A stretch of 64,000 nt of DNA from IMG/VR virus record IMGVR_UViG_3300037420_001136, positions 27,891 to 91,890 of that record, one strand, 5' to 3'. The position numbers and the translations under genes were made by a program. Source of the DNA: a virus. Below, piece by piece: positions 27,954 to 36,954 of the stretch. The notes below the pieces were generated by a model. It saw only the letters and a program-made list of their open reading frames with translations. It had not been told where the DNA came from and did no database searches. Every line of letters begins with the position of its first letter. Positions within the stretch are counted from its first letter, which is position 1.

Positions 27954-28256
27954 TCATACCCCCACTCGTATCGTTCTAGTGTCGCCTCCGCACCGAGGAC
28001 ATTTTGCTTCCATTTCTTGCTGCGGCGTCTGTACCTCGTCGCTGTACTGAGCGTTCCACCCGCAGAACTTCTCTCTGAGCTGGGTGACGTGACGGCACTT
28101 GCGACGGAACATGAAGCCGTCGCACTCGCAGCTATCCATCGTCTCGTCGTTCGTTACGACGACGTGATAAGTTCTGTCACCCTTGGAGCTCGGTACGTCC
28201 TCGCTCAAACCGTCGAGGGCGCAGATCTGCACATACTCTATCGTGAGATCAGGCAC
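27954..28256 (-). CDS. SWIM-type zinc finger protein
   Basis: CECDGFMFRRKCRH plus CPRCGG. Confidence 0.7.
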   Translation of the reverse strand: MPDLTIEYVQICALDGLSEDVPSSKGDRTYHVVVTNDETMDSCECDGFMFRRKCRHVTQLREKFCGWNAQYSDEVQTPQQEMEAKCPRCGGDTRTIRVGV

Positions 28257-28518
28257 CGATCGCGTCCAGGTCGTTTCGAGTGACTTGAGAGCCGTTCACA
28301 CACTTCGCGGCGTCGATGCGGACGGTCAAGTCGTCGATCGCCTGCTGAATACCTTTCTTCCCCGCCGGATACTTCTTACCCGTGATGTTACCCGCCGTTC
28401 GGCGACAGTTGGTCGAGGTATAGGCTCGATTCAGCTTAAAACCCTTCTGCAGAGCTTTGAGGCCGCTCCGGACTGCCAGAGCCTGATAGAGCCGAGGCCC
28501 GTCTAGTACTTCACTCAT
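28249..28518 (-). CDS. Hypothetical protein
   Basis: AAGGAGG RBS after promoter. Confidence 0.65.
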   Translation of the reverse strand: MSEVLDGPRLYQALAVRSGLKALQKGFKLNRAYTSTNCRRTAGNITGKKYPAGKKGIQQAIDDLTVRIDAAKCVNGSQVTRNDLDAIGA

Positions 28519-28542
28519 GGGGTTATCCTCCTTTGCACCGCC

Positions 28543-28571
28543 AGTATGGCGCGGGGTTGCTCCTAACGCAA
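28543..28571 (-). promoter_or_regulatory. sigma70-like promoter with spacer GA
   Basis: TTGCGT-tagGA(17)-CATACT. Confidence 0.7.
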
Positions 28572-28811
28572 CGGGCGTTTAGTCTGCCGACCACCTACGT
28601 TGTCGCCAAGATCCTCGTCACGGATTGTGTAGCGGCTGTTGGAGATGCTGTCGAGAATAGTCTCCACAGCATCGTCCCTCGCCTGCTTTGAGTTGTATGC
28701 CTCGGCAGAGTCGCCCATGACGTTTCCGTTGATGTGGCGAAATCTCCAGTACCAGCGACGAGGGCCGATTCCACCGACGCGACGACTGTACTTCTCAATC
28801 TTCAGAGGCAT
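28563..28811 (-). CDS. DUF1508 (YegP-like) protein
   Basis: WYWRFRHINGNVMGDSAEAYNSKQA. Confidence 0.7.
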   Translation of the reverse strand: MPLKIEKYSRRVGGIGPRRWYWRFRHINGNVMGDSAEAYNSKQARDDAVETILDSISNSRYTIRDEDLGDNVGGRQTKRPLR

Positions 28812-29070
28812 ACAACTCTCCCTGCTTTCCTGACTTGACGAGATTTAAGATCTTGAGACCTGCGTGCTGTGTGCAGAGCCTCTGATCTCCCACTATCCAG
28901 CGAGCATGTCGCATACAGGTTCGCGGGTCGAGACCATTCTGACGACTGCGAGTCTCGCGATAACCAGCCCAATAAATCTCCTTCAGCTCGACCTGCGGAA
29001 GCTCGCACTGAATCTTCTCGTACGGAGGTCCGTCCAACTCTATGACGGTTGGAAGGCGAAGATCACCCAC
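28795..29070 (-). CDS. Hypothetical protein (Cys/His cluster)
   Basis: C...C...LCTQH. Confidence 0.5.
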   Translation of the reverse strand: MGDLRLPTVIELDGPPYEKIQCELPQVELKEIYWAGYRETRSRQNGLDPRTCMRHARWIVGDQRLCTQHAGLKILNLVKSGKQGELYASED

Positions 29071-29390
29071 GGATGAGCTTCCCGAGACCGAAGAAGACGA
29101 TCATCAGGAACCATCCGAAGAAGAGTAGTACGACGATTCCCAGGAACCAGTGGACTGTGAACCAAGCGAGGAGTATCTCCAGACGTCCCGGAGGGCAGGT
29201 GTAGAGATCGCTGACGTAATCGTTCATGCCTTGTGACTTTCACAGATAATGACCTTACCCGAAGATGCTTTGATCTTGGCTGGCACGAATTCGGTGCCGT
29301 CGGCACGGCGTATGAAGACGTCGGGTTCTCGCCGACCTATCATCGCCAGGATCGTAGCATCCTTAAGCTCGTTCATGAAGCGAAGCATTC

Positions 29391-29624
29391 TCACTCGTCG
29401 ATGCTCCCATCCGCTCCGCGGAACGAGCGCACTGCGTCTCGGGCATTCATCCGCGCAATTCTCGCCGGCTCGCCCTTCTCGCGCTCGCTACGATAGATTG
29501 AGTTGTACACCATCGCCTCGGCGACAGCCTCCATCATGAGTGTCCAACCTTCAGTGATCTCGAAGCTCTGCTCACCCAGAAAGCCTCGCACCTTGACGGG
29601 TCGCTTCTTCTTTTCGCTCGCCAC
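29391..29624 (-). CDS. Hypothetical protein
   Basis: AGGAGG RBS after promoter. Confidence 0.6.
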   Translation of the reverse strand: MASEKKKRPVKVRGFLGEQSFEITEGWTLMMEAVAEAMVYNSIYRSEREKGEPARIARMNARDAVRSFRGADGSIDE

Positions 29625-29652
29625 GGGGATATCCTCCTGCTGCTACCCTGCC

Positions 29653-29681
29653 AGTATGGCGGCAGTTTCCTCGCACAGCAA
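29653..29681 (-). promoter_or_regulatory. sigma70-like promoter with spacer GA
   Basis: TTGCTG-tgcGA(17)-CATACT. Confidence 0.7.
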
Positions 29682-29828
29682 GCCGCGACTTATCTAAGCG
29701 AGGCTGTGATGCCGAAGATCAGAACCAGTAATAAGATCAGTGGCGTTGGTATAATGAGGCGCACTAGAATCTCCGTAGACCAGCGGATAAACCTTCCTCG
29801 TCTATCTCCCCTCGGAGGCCAAGTAGAA

Positions 29829-30089
29829 TCAGGACGAGGTATCAGCCTTCGCAGCATAGACTGTGACGACAGGGTGGCGAGTTCCGTAGACTCCAAGATA
29901 GATCGAGCCTCCGTTGTTGAGGCACTCCAGGTCCTCAGGATCTGGCTTCCACTTCGAGAGCATCATGGGAAGATCGTCAACTCCCGTGCAGACGTGGACG
30001 CTAAGAGCTCCGCACTCTCCCTTCTCGTGATCCCAGTCGCGAGGAGCACCAATACTGAGGGTTTCTTCTTCAATCGTTACGGGCTTCAC
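29829..30089 (-). CDS. Phage hypothetical protein
   Basis: GAPRDWD...C.AL.V...S.WKP..EDL..LN.GG.I.L.V.G..HPVV pattern; AGGAGG RBS. Confidence 0.7.
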   Translation of the reverse strand: MKPVTIEEETLSIGAPRDWDHEKGECGALSVHVCTGVDDLPMMLSKWKPDPEDLECLNNGGSIYLGVYGTRHPVVTVYAAKADTSS

Positions 30090-30342
30090 TTAGCACCTCC
30101 TGAATCTCAAAGTCTCTCTTCGTCTTCCATATGTAGATCGCCCAATAGAGTCCCATGATCGAGAGACTAGCTCGTCCCAGACGAGAGTTCCAGGCCCACT
30201 CCCAACGAAGCTCGATGAAGCTGAACATCAGGCTTATGAGGAGAGTGCATCCGAGCATAAGTATGAGCCATACAATACTCGCAGCCGCGCCAGTTGTGAA
30301 GCCCTCCCAGAAGCCCTCGGTGAAGTCTGTCTTCCTACTCAT
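30070..30342 (-). CDS. Small membrane protein (2 TM)
   Basis: Two hydrophobic segments. Confidence 0.5.
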   Translation of the reverse strand: MSRKTDFTEGFWEGFTTGAAASIVWLILMLGCTLLISLMFSFIELRWEWAWNSRLGRASLSIMGLYWAIYIWKTKRDFEIQEVLSEARND

Positions 30343-30631
30343 CACGAGTCCTCTTCTCAGTCGAGCCCAGACGAACGAAGCGGTCAGTTTGACGGAACTG
30401 CATCTGCACCTTCCGGTCTGCGTAAGCCTCACCGAGAAAGTCCGTGCGACGAGTGATGGTAGGGTTCGACTTATTCACGTCAAGAAGCATCAGGGGAGGA
30501 ATGGCGTTCTTAGGATCGAGGCTGGCGTGACTAAGACAAGTAGTGTAACCTAGATCCGCTCGGCGTGGGTTAATCTCGTCACCACATCCTCTTACTCGGC
30601 AGATGGGCCACGGCTCTAGCTCTGTCTTCAT
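30335..30631 (-). CDS. Hypothetical protein (Zn-finger-like)
   Basis: CRVRGC...RRADLGYTTCLSH. Confidence 0.55.
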   Translation of the reverse strand: MKTELEPWPICRVRGCGDEINPRRADLGYTTCLSHASLDPKNAIPPLMLLDVNKSNPTITRRTDFLGEAYADRKVQMQFRQTDRFVRLGSTEKRTRDE

Positions 30632-30816
30632 GCCGCCGTGCTCAAGAGTCGCAGGAGTATCGCCTCAGCTATGACCGTCTGCCAGTTCTGCAAACCAGAG
30701 GATCCCAGACTGTGGGGATCTAGTTGTCGCATGAAGCATAGCGAGCAGGCAGCTTGATAAGCGGGTCCTCCCACCGGGACGGCATAGACCGCGTTCACAA
30801 TCTCTATTGGCAGCAT
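30628..30816 (-). CDS. Hypothetical protein
   Basis: GAGG RBS; ATGA overlap. Confidence 0.5.
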   Translation of the reverse strand: MLPIEIVNAVYAVPVGGPAYQAACSLCFMRQLDPHSLGSSGLQNWQTVIAEAILLRLLSTAA

Positions 30817-30825
30817 CTCGTCGCC

Positions 30826-31254
30826 TCAGTTCGAAGCATACTCAGCCCTATCCTGCTCGTGGAGTGCCAGCACCCTCCGCACAGCTTCGCTCTGATCTCG
30901 CGTGTCGAGAGAGCGGAACGTTGCGAAGTAACCCTCACGGTGTCGCAGCTCGTCCCATCTTCCCTCGGTGTCGCGATAGACTATCGGCATATCTCCGTGC
31001 GTGTTGAACACCAAGTCCACCACGAACTCGGCGTCGTTAGTCACCGACTTGGTCGGCCATCTCTCGTCGTACAGATCATACACGCACACGACGCTAAGCT
31101 CCTCCCCAGAGCTCTCGTGAAACGTAGTGAATTTCTGGAAGAAGCAGTTCGCGTGACCAGTGCGCTGTGCCCATCGAATCTGCTCGCGGAGACGATCTGC
31201 CTCGATCGTCCACCCTGCGGCGTCCACCGCCGCAACCGCTGAGAGATCATCCAT
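30826..31254 (-). CDS. Hypothetical protein
   Basis: SVTNDAEFVV...IVYRDTEGRWD; AGGAGG RBS. Confidence 0.65.
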   Translation of the reverse strand: MDDLSAVAAVDAAGWTIEADRLREQIRWAQRTGHANCFFQKFTTFHESSGEELSVVCVYDLYDERWPTKSVTNDAEFVVDLVFNTHGDMPIVYRDTEGRWDELRHREGYFATFRSLDTRDQSEAVRRVLALHEQDRAEYASN

Positions 31255-31286
31255 GGGGCGAGCCTCCTAGCTTCTGCTAACGTGCC

Positions 31287-31315
31287 ATTATGCGGCGGCA
31301 CAGCTCTTAGCGCAA
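31287..31315 (-). promoter_or_regulatory. sigma70-like promoter with spacer GA
   Basis: TTGCGC-taaGA(17)-CATAAT. Confidence 0.75.
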
Positions 31316-31630
31316 GCGCCGAAGGCTCTCAGCGAGCTGTACGATTTGCTCGCGCTGACTCTTCATGAGCTCGGCGGCGTAAGGATTCTGCCTCACCAGG
31401 ACAACTTGTCGCTTGGTACCACGCTCCGTTGTCGTGACGCCCTTTCTCAGCTGCTCCTCCAGCGTCATCATGTGGCGCGAGGCCGCAGCTAAATTCCCGT
31501 GACGAAGTGCGTTCAGACGAAGCTTCTTCGTTCTCAGTTTGGTCCCGTGCGGAAGCGACTTTCTCACGGCTTCGCGAAATGCCTTGGCGGTGAGACGAGA
31601 CTTCTCGGTGGTGTTGCGACGATTGGACAT
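31307..31630 (-). CDS. Basic hypothetical protein
   Basis: AGGAG RBS; R/K rich. Confidence 0.55.
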   Translation of the reverse strand: MSNRRNTTEKSRLTAKAFREAVRKSLPHGTKLRTKKLRLNALRHGNLAAASRHMMTLEEQLRKGVTTTERGTKRQVVLVRQNPYAAELMKSQREQIVQLAESLRRLR

Positions 31631-31641
31631 TCTTGCTCCTA

Positions 31642-31671
31642 GAAAAGAGGGGCCGACATGCACGGCCCCTC
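31642..31671 (-). terminator. Intrinsic terminator
   Basis: GAGGGGCCG-loop-CGGCCCCTC-TTTT on - strand. Confidence 0.7.
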
Positions 31672-31878
31672 ACCTTCAACTGTTGGGCTTCTCGAAACCT
31701 AGCTACGGCCAAGTCATAGTCGGGTCTCCGAGCAGTTGCGTGCGCCGGCGATCAGGCGCCGCGGCCGATGGCGATCGGGATGGAAGTGCTCAAAGAAATA
31801 TCACGAGTAGGCTCGTGATAGATCACGTGCTGTACCTCATTTTCTTCTCCTTCGCTGGTTGATGCTACCAACACAAGC

Positions 31879-31907
31879 AGTATGGGGCGGTGCAGCTCGT
31901 CAGACAA
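31879..31907 (-). promoter_or_regulatory. sigma70-like promoter with spacer GA
   Basis: TTGTCT-gacGA(17)-CATACT. Confidence 0.7.
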
Positions 31908-32964
31908 GCTCAGATTGTTCAGACGACAAGTCCACTACGTTCTGCGTTGACATATTCGTGACTCGAATATTCTCGGTTCCCAGAGTCTCCGCTACGGCGC
32001 GGGCTACGTCCATCAGCTCGTTCTCCGTAACCTCCGGTCGTCCGACGGAGATCTGCAACGTCACGCTCGTCTGCACCGAGACTGTGTGATTCTTGATGTA
32101 CTCGCGCGCCGTGGGATTGCTTGACGAAGAGGCTATTCTCCGATACGTAGAAGAGGGTGCGCTGTACGAGTAACCGAAGTTCAGCCCAGAACCCTCCCAG
32201 CGATGGGTTCTACTTACACGATCTACGAAGACCTCGTCCTCGGAGCCTACGATCTGGTCAGCGATGATCTGCTCCACCTGGAAGGCGTACTTCGCGGTGC
32301 GGTCCTCCGTGAGATCGATCGTGCGAAGAATGTTGTAGGTGTACTCGGACTCCTGCTTTAGATCCATGATGCGAACGCCGCGATAATAGACGTGATTGCT
32401 GGGGCGATCGATGACTTGAACAGACTCATCCTCTCGCACCGTCTTGCCATCCACGAGAAAGTGACGATCCATGTCGAGATACTCGTCCACGAACTTATCG
32501 CCGAATACGTAGATGTAGGTCGTCCCAGGATCATGCGCGCTGTAGTGATCTACGTCGACGTCAATCAGAGAAGTCACGCCTTTCTCGTCTCGTGTGTTCG
32601 TCTCCAGCTCCCGGAATGCCTGCCAGAGCTCCCAGTTCTTGCCAAGCTCGGTCGTAAACGGAAGCTTGGTGTAGCTGATGCGAGATAACAGACTGTTCTG
32701 CTTCTTCATGCGTACGAAGGCGAACTCCCTACCACGGAAGTCCTGCTTGGCAACGTAGAACTCGTAACGCTGAGCGTCGCGCCAGAGAACGACCTTGCAT
32801 CCGTTCCGAAGAAGGACGGCGATCGCATACTTCAGACCGGTGCCGAAGTAGCCGAAGGGAGACGTGCTGTTGGGCTTGGCGTTAACGCCGAAGGTGGTGA
32901 ATGACTCCAGCGGTATGAGATCTGGAGTACGGAAGGCTACGCAACGGGTCATAAAAACCTCCAC
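31900..32964 (-). CDS. GHKL/HATPase-like domain phage protein
   Basis: TFGVNAK..PFGYFGTGLKYAIAVLLR and WELWQAFREL..N..DE. Confidence 0.65.
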   Translation of the reverse strand: MEVFMTRCVAFRTPDLIPLESFTTFGVNAKPNSTSPFGYFGTGLKYAIAVLLRNGCKVVLWRDAQRYEFYVAKQDFRGREFAFVRMKKQNSLLSRISYTKLPFTTELGKNWELWQAFRELETNTRDEKGVTSLIDVDVDHYSAHDPGTTYIYVFGDKFVDEYLDMDRHFLVDGKTVREDESVQVIDRPSNHVYYRGVRIMDLKQESEYTYNILRTIDLTEDRTAKYAFQVEQIIADQIVGSEDEVFVDRVSRTHRWEGSGLNFGYSYSAPSSTYRRIASSSSNPTAREYIKNHTVSVQTSVTLQISVGRPEVTENELMDVARAVAETLGTENIRVTNMSTQNVVDLSSEQSELV

Positions 32965-33233
32965 TTCGTCAGATCTACTGCGCCAGAAATTTCGGCCTCG
33001 ACGTCTCGCGTGTCGAGACTGAAGTTTAGATCACCGATAGTCAGCGAGATGTGAGCCATCAAGTTCTTGTACGCGGGGCGATGAGAAATACTCACTAGAA
33101 GATCCATCGCTGTGTCTAGCGACTTAGTGCGAAAGTCGTACTTAGAACTTTCCTCGTCTTCGAAGTAGATGAATCCCTGGATGCGATAGAGTTCTAGGCT
33201 ATCCTCAGTAGCGTTCTCGTCAGCTGACATCAT
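32949..33233 (-). CDS. Hypothetical protein
   Basis: Operon context. Confidence 0.45.
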   Translation of the reverse strand: MMSADENATEDSLELYRIQGFIYFEDEESSKYDFRTKSLDTAMDLLVSISHRPAYKNLMAHISLTIGDLNFSLDTRDVEAEISGAVDLTKWRFL

Positions 33234-33411
33234 TTGGGTCTGCCCTATCCTCTTTACGAATTTCGCCTTGGGTCTTGGGGAATTTGCCGTGCCACTTTCC
33301 TGTGTCGCACTCCGAGCAGAGGACAGGCTTCCCCTTCGCCTTGTTGTACCAATAGGCTCCAAGCGCGGTGTTCTCGATGCAGCCGCATTGCGAGCAATGA
33401 AATAGAGGCAT
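33220..33411 (-). CDS. Small Zn-finger phage protein
   Basis: CSQCGCIENTA...LCSECDTGKWHGKF. Confidence 0.7.
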   Translation of the reverse strand: MPLFHCSQCGCIENTALGAYWYNKAKGKPVLCSECDTGKWHGKFPKTQGEIRKEDRADPNDVS

Positions 33412-33686
33412 CAGTCATTATTCTTTCTTCGCCAGACGTAGTTGTCCCAGTGGACGTACTTGCCGTCGATCCACGTGTACCAATTTCGCACCCACGACGC
33501 GACGTTGTCGGGACCCACTGTGTCGTAGGTGTACTTGAAAGAGCTTAGTGGCTCGGCAGGTCTCTGAAGACACTCCACGCATATCGCGTGCGAGATAGCT
33601 CCAAAGACGCTGGCGCAGACGGCGACGTCTCGGTTACGACTACAGACGTCGCAGGTGCCGGGACGGAAGAGACCTGAGACGCTCAT
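33411..33686 (-). CDS. Cys-rich hypothetical protein
   Basis: CDVC...C.S..GAIS.A.C.ECL. Confidence 0.6.
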   Translation of the reverse strand: MSVSGLFRPGTCDVCSRNRDVAVCASVFGAISHAICVECLQRPAEPLSSFKYTYDTVGPDNVASWVRNWYTWIDGKYVHWDNYVWRRKNND

Positions 33687-34003
33687 GCGGGCACTAGCTC
33701 CTTCGTCTTGGGGCGATGCTGGTGCATCATCTGACTCCAGGCATCCTCGTCACCATCTATCTCGCGAAACTGACAGGAGCAATGATACCATCGCTTGGGA
33801 TGCTCGTACTCCCAAACACGGATCCCGCAGCCGGTGAATCCTTCTGGAAGATCTATGTGATCAGTCTCACGCACCGTGTAGGCGCGTCCTTTCACGAGCT
33901 CGGTGACGTCGTCCCAACTATTCGGGTAGTTCTGCCTAACGCACTCACAGAACGGGCAGGTGCCGCCGACGAATACGACCTTTGCTCCCGGTTTGAACAT
34001 CAT
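33683..34003 (-). CDS. Hypothetical protein
   Basis: GAGG RBS; overlap coupling. Confidence 0.55.
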   Translation of the reverse strand: MMFKPGAKVVFVGGTCPFCECVRQNYPNSWDDVTELVKGRAYTVRETDHIDLPEGFTGCGIRVWEYEHPKRWYHCSCQFREIDGDEDAWSQMMHQHRPKTKELVPA

Positions 34004-34085
34004 CCACCTCTACCGAGGAACCACCAGACGAAGGCCAGCCAGAAGAGCAGCAGGCCGAGCGACATCAGCGAGTACGACAGGCATC

Positions 34086-34526
34086 TCATCTGTGATACCA
34101 GCGCTTCTGCTTCGGAGAGCCGTAGCCAGACGACACAGCCTCATACGACGAGTAAGAATCACTCAGCGGCTGAGGCTCTCGACGCGAGGTCTTCTCCTCC
34201 GGCACCATTCTCGGCGGCCTCGAGTCTTCCAAGCCATCCAGATAGCCGTTGAGACGATTCACTGCCGCCTCAGACTTGTGCAGGAGATCACGCGTCTCGT
34301 TATGAGACTCGATCTCAACTACCCACTTCTTCTCGTACTCGTCGCGCTGACTTCTCGCCTGCTTCAGCTGATCGCTGAGGTACGTGAGGTCAGACTGCAT
34401 CTTCGCCATCTTATCTCGATGGGACTGCTTCTCGTCGGCAAGTTCTAACCTCAGCTTGGTCAGCTTCTCCAGCTCCTCGACCGTTGCTCTCGTACGACGC
34501 TTCGTAGTCTTAGCTGCCCTCGCCAC
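34086..34526 (-). CDS. Coiled-coil hypothetical protein
   Basis: Heptad-rich 146-aa ORF. Confidence 0.6.
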   Translation of the reverse strand: MARAAKTTKRRTRATVEELEKLTKLRLELADEKQSHRDKMAKMQSDLTYLSDQLKQARSQRDEYEKKWVVEIESHNETRDLLHKSEAAVNRLNGYLDGLEDSRPPRMVPEEKTSRREPQPLSDSYSSYEAVSSGYGSPKQKRWYHR

Positions 34527-34704
34527 TCTCCAACTCCTTCATCACGTTTCTCAGCGCCAAGGCTCTGTCCTGAGCCACGGCGCAGTCCGGGTCCAGGAAC
34601 TCGTACTTCCTCGCGTTGTAGAGCTTGTACTTCCCCGAGGCCAGCCCCTCGTAGAGCTGAGCGGCCTTCAGGAGAGTCTCTAGCCGGTAGGCGGTGGACG
34701 ACAT
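34510..34704 (-). CDS. Hypothetical protein
   Basis: Operon context. Confidence 0.45.
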   Translation of the reverse strand: MSSTAYRLETLLKAAQLYEGLASGKYKLYNARKYEFLDPDCAVAQDRALALRNVMKELESGEGS

Positions 34705-34706
34705 CT

Positions 34707-34904
34707 TCACCATCGCGAGCTCGGTATAACCTGAACCTCGGCCACTAGGTCGAGGGGTATCGCAATCTCCTTGTACCACTCGTCCGTCACGACGACGACG
34801 CTGCTTTCGTATCTGACCTTCTTCTCGTACGAGCCTCCCGGACGCGGGGTATCCTTGAACTCTCGCTGAGTTCCGTCGCGCATCTTGATGCAGATGTATG
34901 CCAT
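34707..34904 (-). CDS. Hypothetical protein
   Basis: TGATG coupling. Confidence 0.55.
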   Translation of the reverse strand: MAYICIKMRDGTQREFKDTPRPGGSYEKKVRYESSVVVVTDEWYKEIAIPLDLVAEVQVIPSSRW

Positions 34905-35743
34905 CAGCCGCCGACTCCCGCTAAGTGAGACCACGCCGGATGCTGGTTGGCGCGTCGCCAGAACATATGTTCGTCGCCACGCATCAGGGAGAGATGAGCT
35001 ATGATGTCGTCGGTCGGGCACATCGCGCCTGCCCACGAGCCGTGATAGTATGCAATCGGGTGCATACAGAGAGCGGCTAGGATCTTCACGGACGATTCCT
35101 GGTCCGAGCCGGGACGATTCGCGGAGAGTGCCAGAGTTGGTCTCAGCCGCCGGAAGACGTACTGCACGTGAGATCGCTGCGACTTTTCCATGAACATACC
35201 GGTGAGAAGATACTGCTTGAACTGTCGATGCCGCAACATTCCGCCGAGCGTCTTCAGCGCAGCCTGCTCCTGATCTACTCCCCAGACGTCGGAGGCGAAC
35301 AAGGTCGCCAGAACCTCGTCCATGTGATTACCCTTCTGATAGACGAGTGACCTTGTGCGACCCGTCTCGGGATTCTCCACTACGAGAACGTTGGCCGACT
35401 TCTTGCCGCAGTAGAACTGGTTCCTGATCTTCCAGTCGCCGTACTTCTTCATCACCTCGGTCGGTGGACGATCTGGCTGTATCTCCTCGTCCACCTTCCG
35501 GTAGGCGTTGTGGAAGGAGAAGCTCTCGTCGACCACCAGAGAGATGCCCTCCAGCGGTATCGGCATTCCGGAGTACTCTCCTCGCTGGAAGCCCAGCTTT
35601 GTAAGCTGAACCCTCAGCGTGTGAAACGGGTCTAGATCGCGGCAGAGAGTTCTGCCGTCGGCCTCATCCGCCCGCTGTTCTGGGGACTGCGACGGCCTTG
35701 GCTCGTCCGGCCGGGACTCTTCGGGTAGATCCTCGTCGAGCAC
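34904..35743 (-). CDS. Hypothetical protein (start uncertain)
   Basis: Long ORF; YLLTGMF.E.S.RS...Y.FRRLRPT, LCMHPIAYY..SWAGAMCPTDD. Confidence 0.65.
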   Translation of the reverse strand: MLDEDLPEESRPDEPRPSQSPEQRADEADGRTLCRDLDPFHTLRVQLTKLGFQRGEYSGMPIPLEGISLVVDESFSFHNAYRKVDEEIQPDRPPTEVMKKYGDWKIRNQFYCGKKSANVLVVENPETGRTRSLVYQKGNHMDEVLATLFASDVWGVDQEQAALKTLGGMLRHRQFKQYLLTGMFMEKSQRSHVQYVFRRLRPTLALSANRPGSDQESSVKILAALCMHPIAYYHGSWAGAMCPTDDIIAHLSLMRGDEHMFWRRANQHPAWSHLAGVGG

Positions 35744-36107
35744 TCTTACCTCCCTTCGTCTTCTTGGGTGCGTTGCTCTCGGCAGGAGCTTTGACCCTTG
35801 TTCTGCCGGTGTGCGTCTCCGGTGCCATCAGATCCTCGGGCAGGCCGGCGACGATGTACTCGGTGGTCTCCTCGTCGAAGTCGAGAGCGCGACGATAGAG
35901 CGGCCCCTTGTCGTCTTTGCCGACCTCCACGAGCACCGCGTAGCCTCGCCTAATCATGTCCTTGACGAGTGCCGCCGCCGTGGCGCGATCCTCCGGTGGC
36001 CCCTCGGGGTCGAAGCTGATCTTCGTGTCACCCGTGCCTACGTTCAGGAGAGAAAGCTCTCCGATCTGCTCGTGCTCAGCCACGCGCTCTCTCCTTATGT
36101 CGCTCAA
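35664..36107 (-). CDS. Hypothetical protein ending in Gly-Gly
   Basis: LLNVGTGDTKISFD...DMIRRGYA; C-terminus AVPRTAGG. Confidence 0.65.
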   Translation of the reverse strand: MSDIRRERVAEHEQIGELSLLNVGTGDTKISFDPEGPPEDRATAAALVKDMIRRGYAVLVEVGKDDKGPLYRRALDFDEETTEYIVAGLPEDLMAPETHTGRTRVKAPAESNAPKKTKGGKSARRGSTRRVPAGRAKAVAVPRTAGG

Positions 36108-36229
36108 AGATGTCTATGAGATCTCCGCAGAGGTTCTTCTCGCCTCCCGTTGGAAGTGTGCTGTAGTGCTTCTCAAGCGCAGTCTGTATGAGAGCGTACG
36201 AGCGACGAGTGAGTCCGTCGAGTGAGCCA

Positions 36230-36481
36230 TCAGCCATAGATGATTGTGTCCCTCTCATAGCGGCGCTGCTTCAGACGAAGTCGTGGGCCGGTGTGCGGAA
36301 GACCGCTCCAGTCCATCCAGGGCGACATTCCGCGAGGGAGATGTGGCATCTCCGCGTTGATCATGTCGATGGCGACCTTAACGTTCTCGATCGCCTCCTG
36401 CTCGCGAAGCTCGCGGAGTTCCTCGGGCGTGGGCGGCTCTGGCTCAGGAGCTGAGGGTCGGCGACGAAGGAAGTTGAACAT
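36230..36481 (-). CDS. Hypothetical protein
   Basis: AAGGAG RBS after promoter. Confidence 0.6.
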   Translation of the reverse strand: MFNFLRRRPSAPEPEPPTPEELRELREQEAIENVKVAIDMINAEMPHLPRGMSPWMDWSGLPHTGPRLRLKQRRYERDTIIYG

Positions 36482-36510
36482 GGGACGATTCTCCTTACTG
36501 GCTTAGGTAC

Positions 36511-36539
36511 AAGGTGCCACAGGGGCGCTCCAGCCGCAA
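36511..36539 (-). promoter_or_regulatory. sigma70-like promoter with spacer GA
   Basis: TTGCGG-ctgGA(17)-CACCTT. Confidence 0.6.
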
Positions 36540-36567
36540 CAACAGACCACCCTCGAGGCCCGTCAGA

Positions 36568-36954
36568 CTACTCCGCAGGGTTGGCGGGTGCCGTGGGTGC
36601 GGCGGCGTCCTCAGGTAGCGTAGGAGCCTGCCAAGCGCCTCTGTGCCACCAGTGGTTGGGACTCGGCGCTGGCGGCACGTCCTCGCGAATGTAGCCGCTC
36701 CCCGTCGCGGGATCGAACTCGTACGCGATTCCGTAGTGAGGAGCGATTGACATAAGGTCGTTGTCCCAGTGCGTCAGGAGCGGTAGCGTCGCTCCCACGA
36801 GCTCGTCTCCACCCGATAGGCGGGCATAGGTCTGCTCCATGCTCTCCTGCTCGCGGGCCTCCGGCGACATCTCTTCGCGTACCTGCCATCCCTGAAAGAT
36901 GGAGAGAAGAAGCTCGCGTATAAGATGTCGCATGTTTTGATTCTCAGAACTCAT
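36568..36954 (-). CDS. Hypothetical protein
   Basis: GGAG RBS. Confidence 0.55.
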   Translation of the reverse strand: MSSENQNMRHLIRELLLSIFQGWQVREEMSPEAREQESMEQTYARLSGGDELVGATLPLLTHWDNDLMSIAPHYGIAYEFDPATGSGYIREDVPPAPSPNHWWHRGAWQAPTLPEDAAAPTAPANPAE

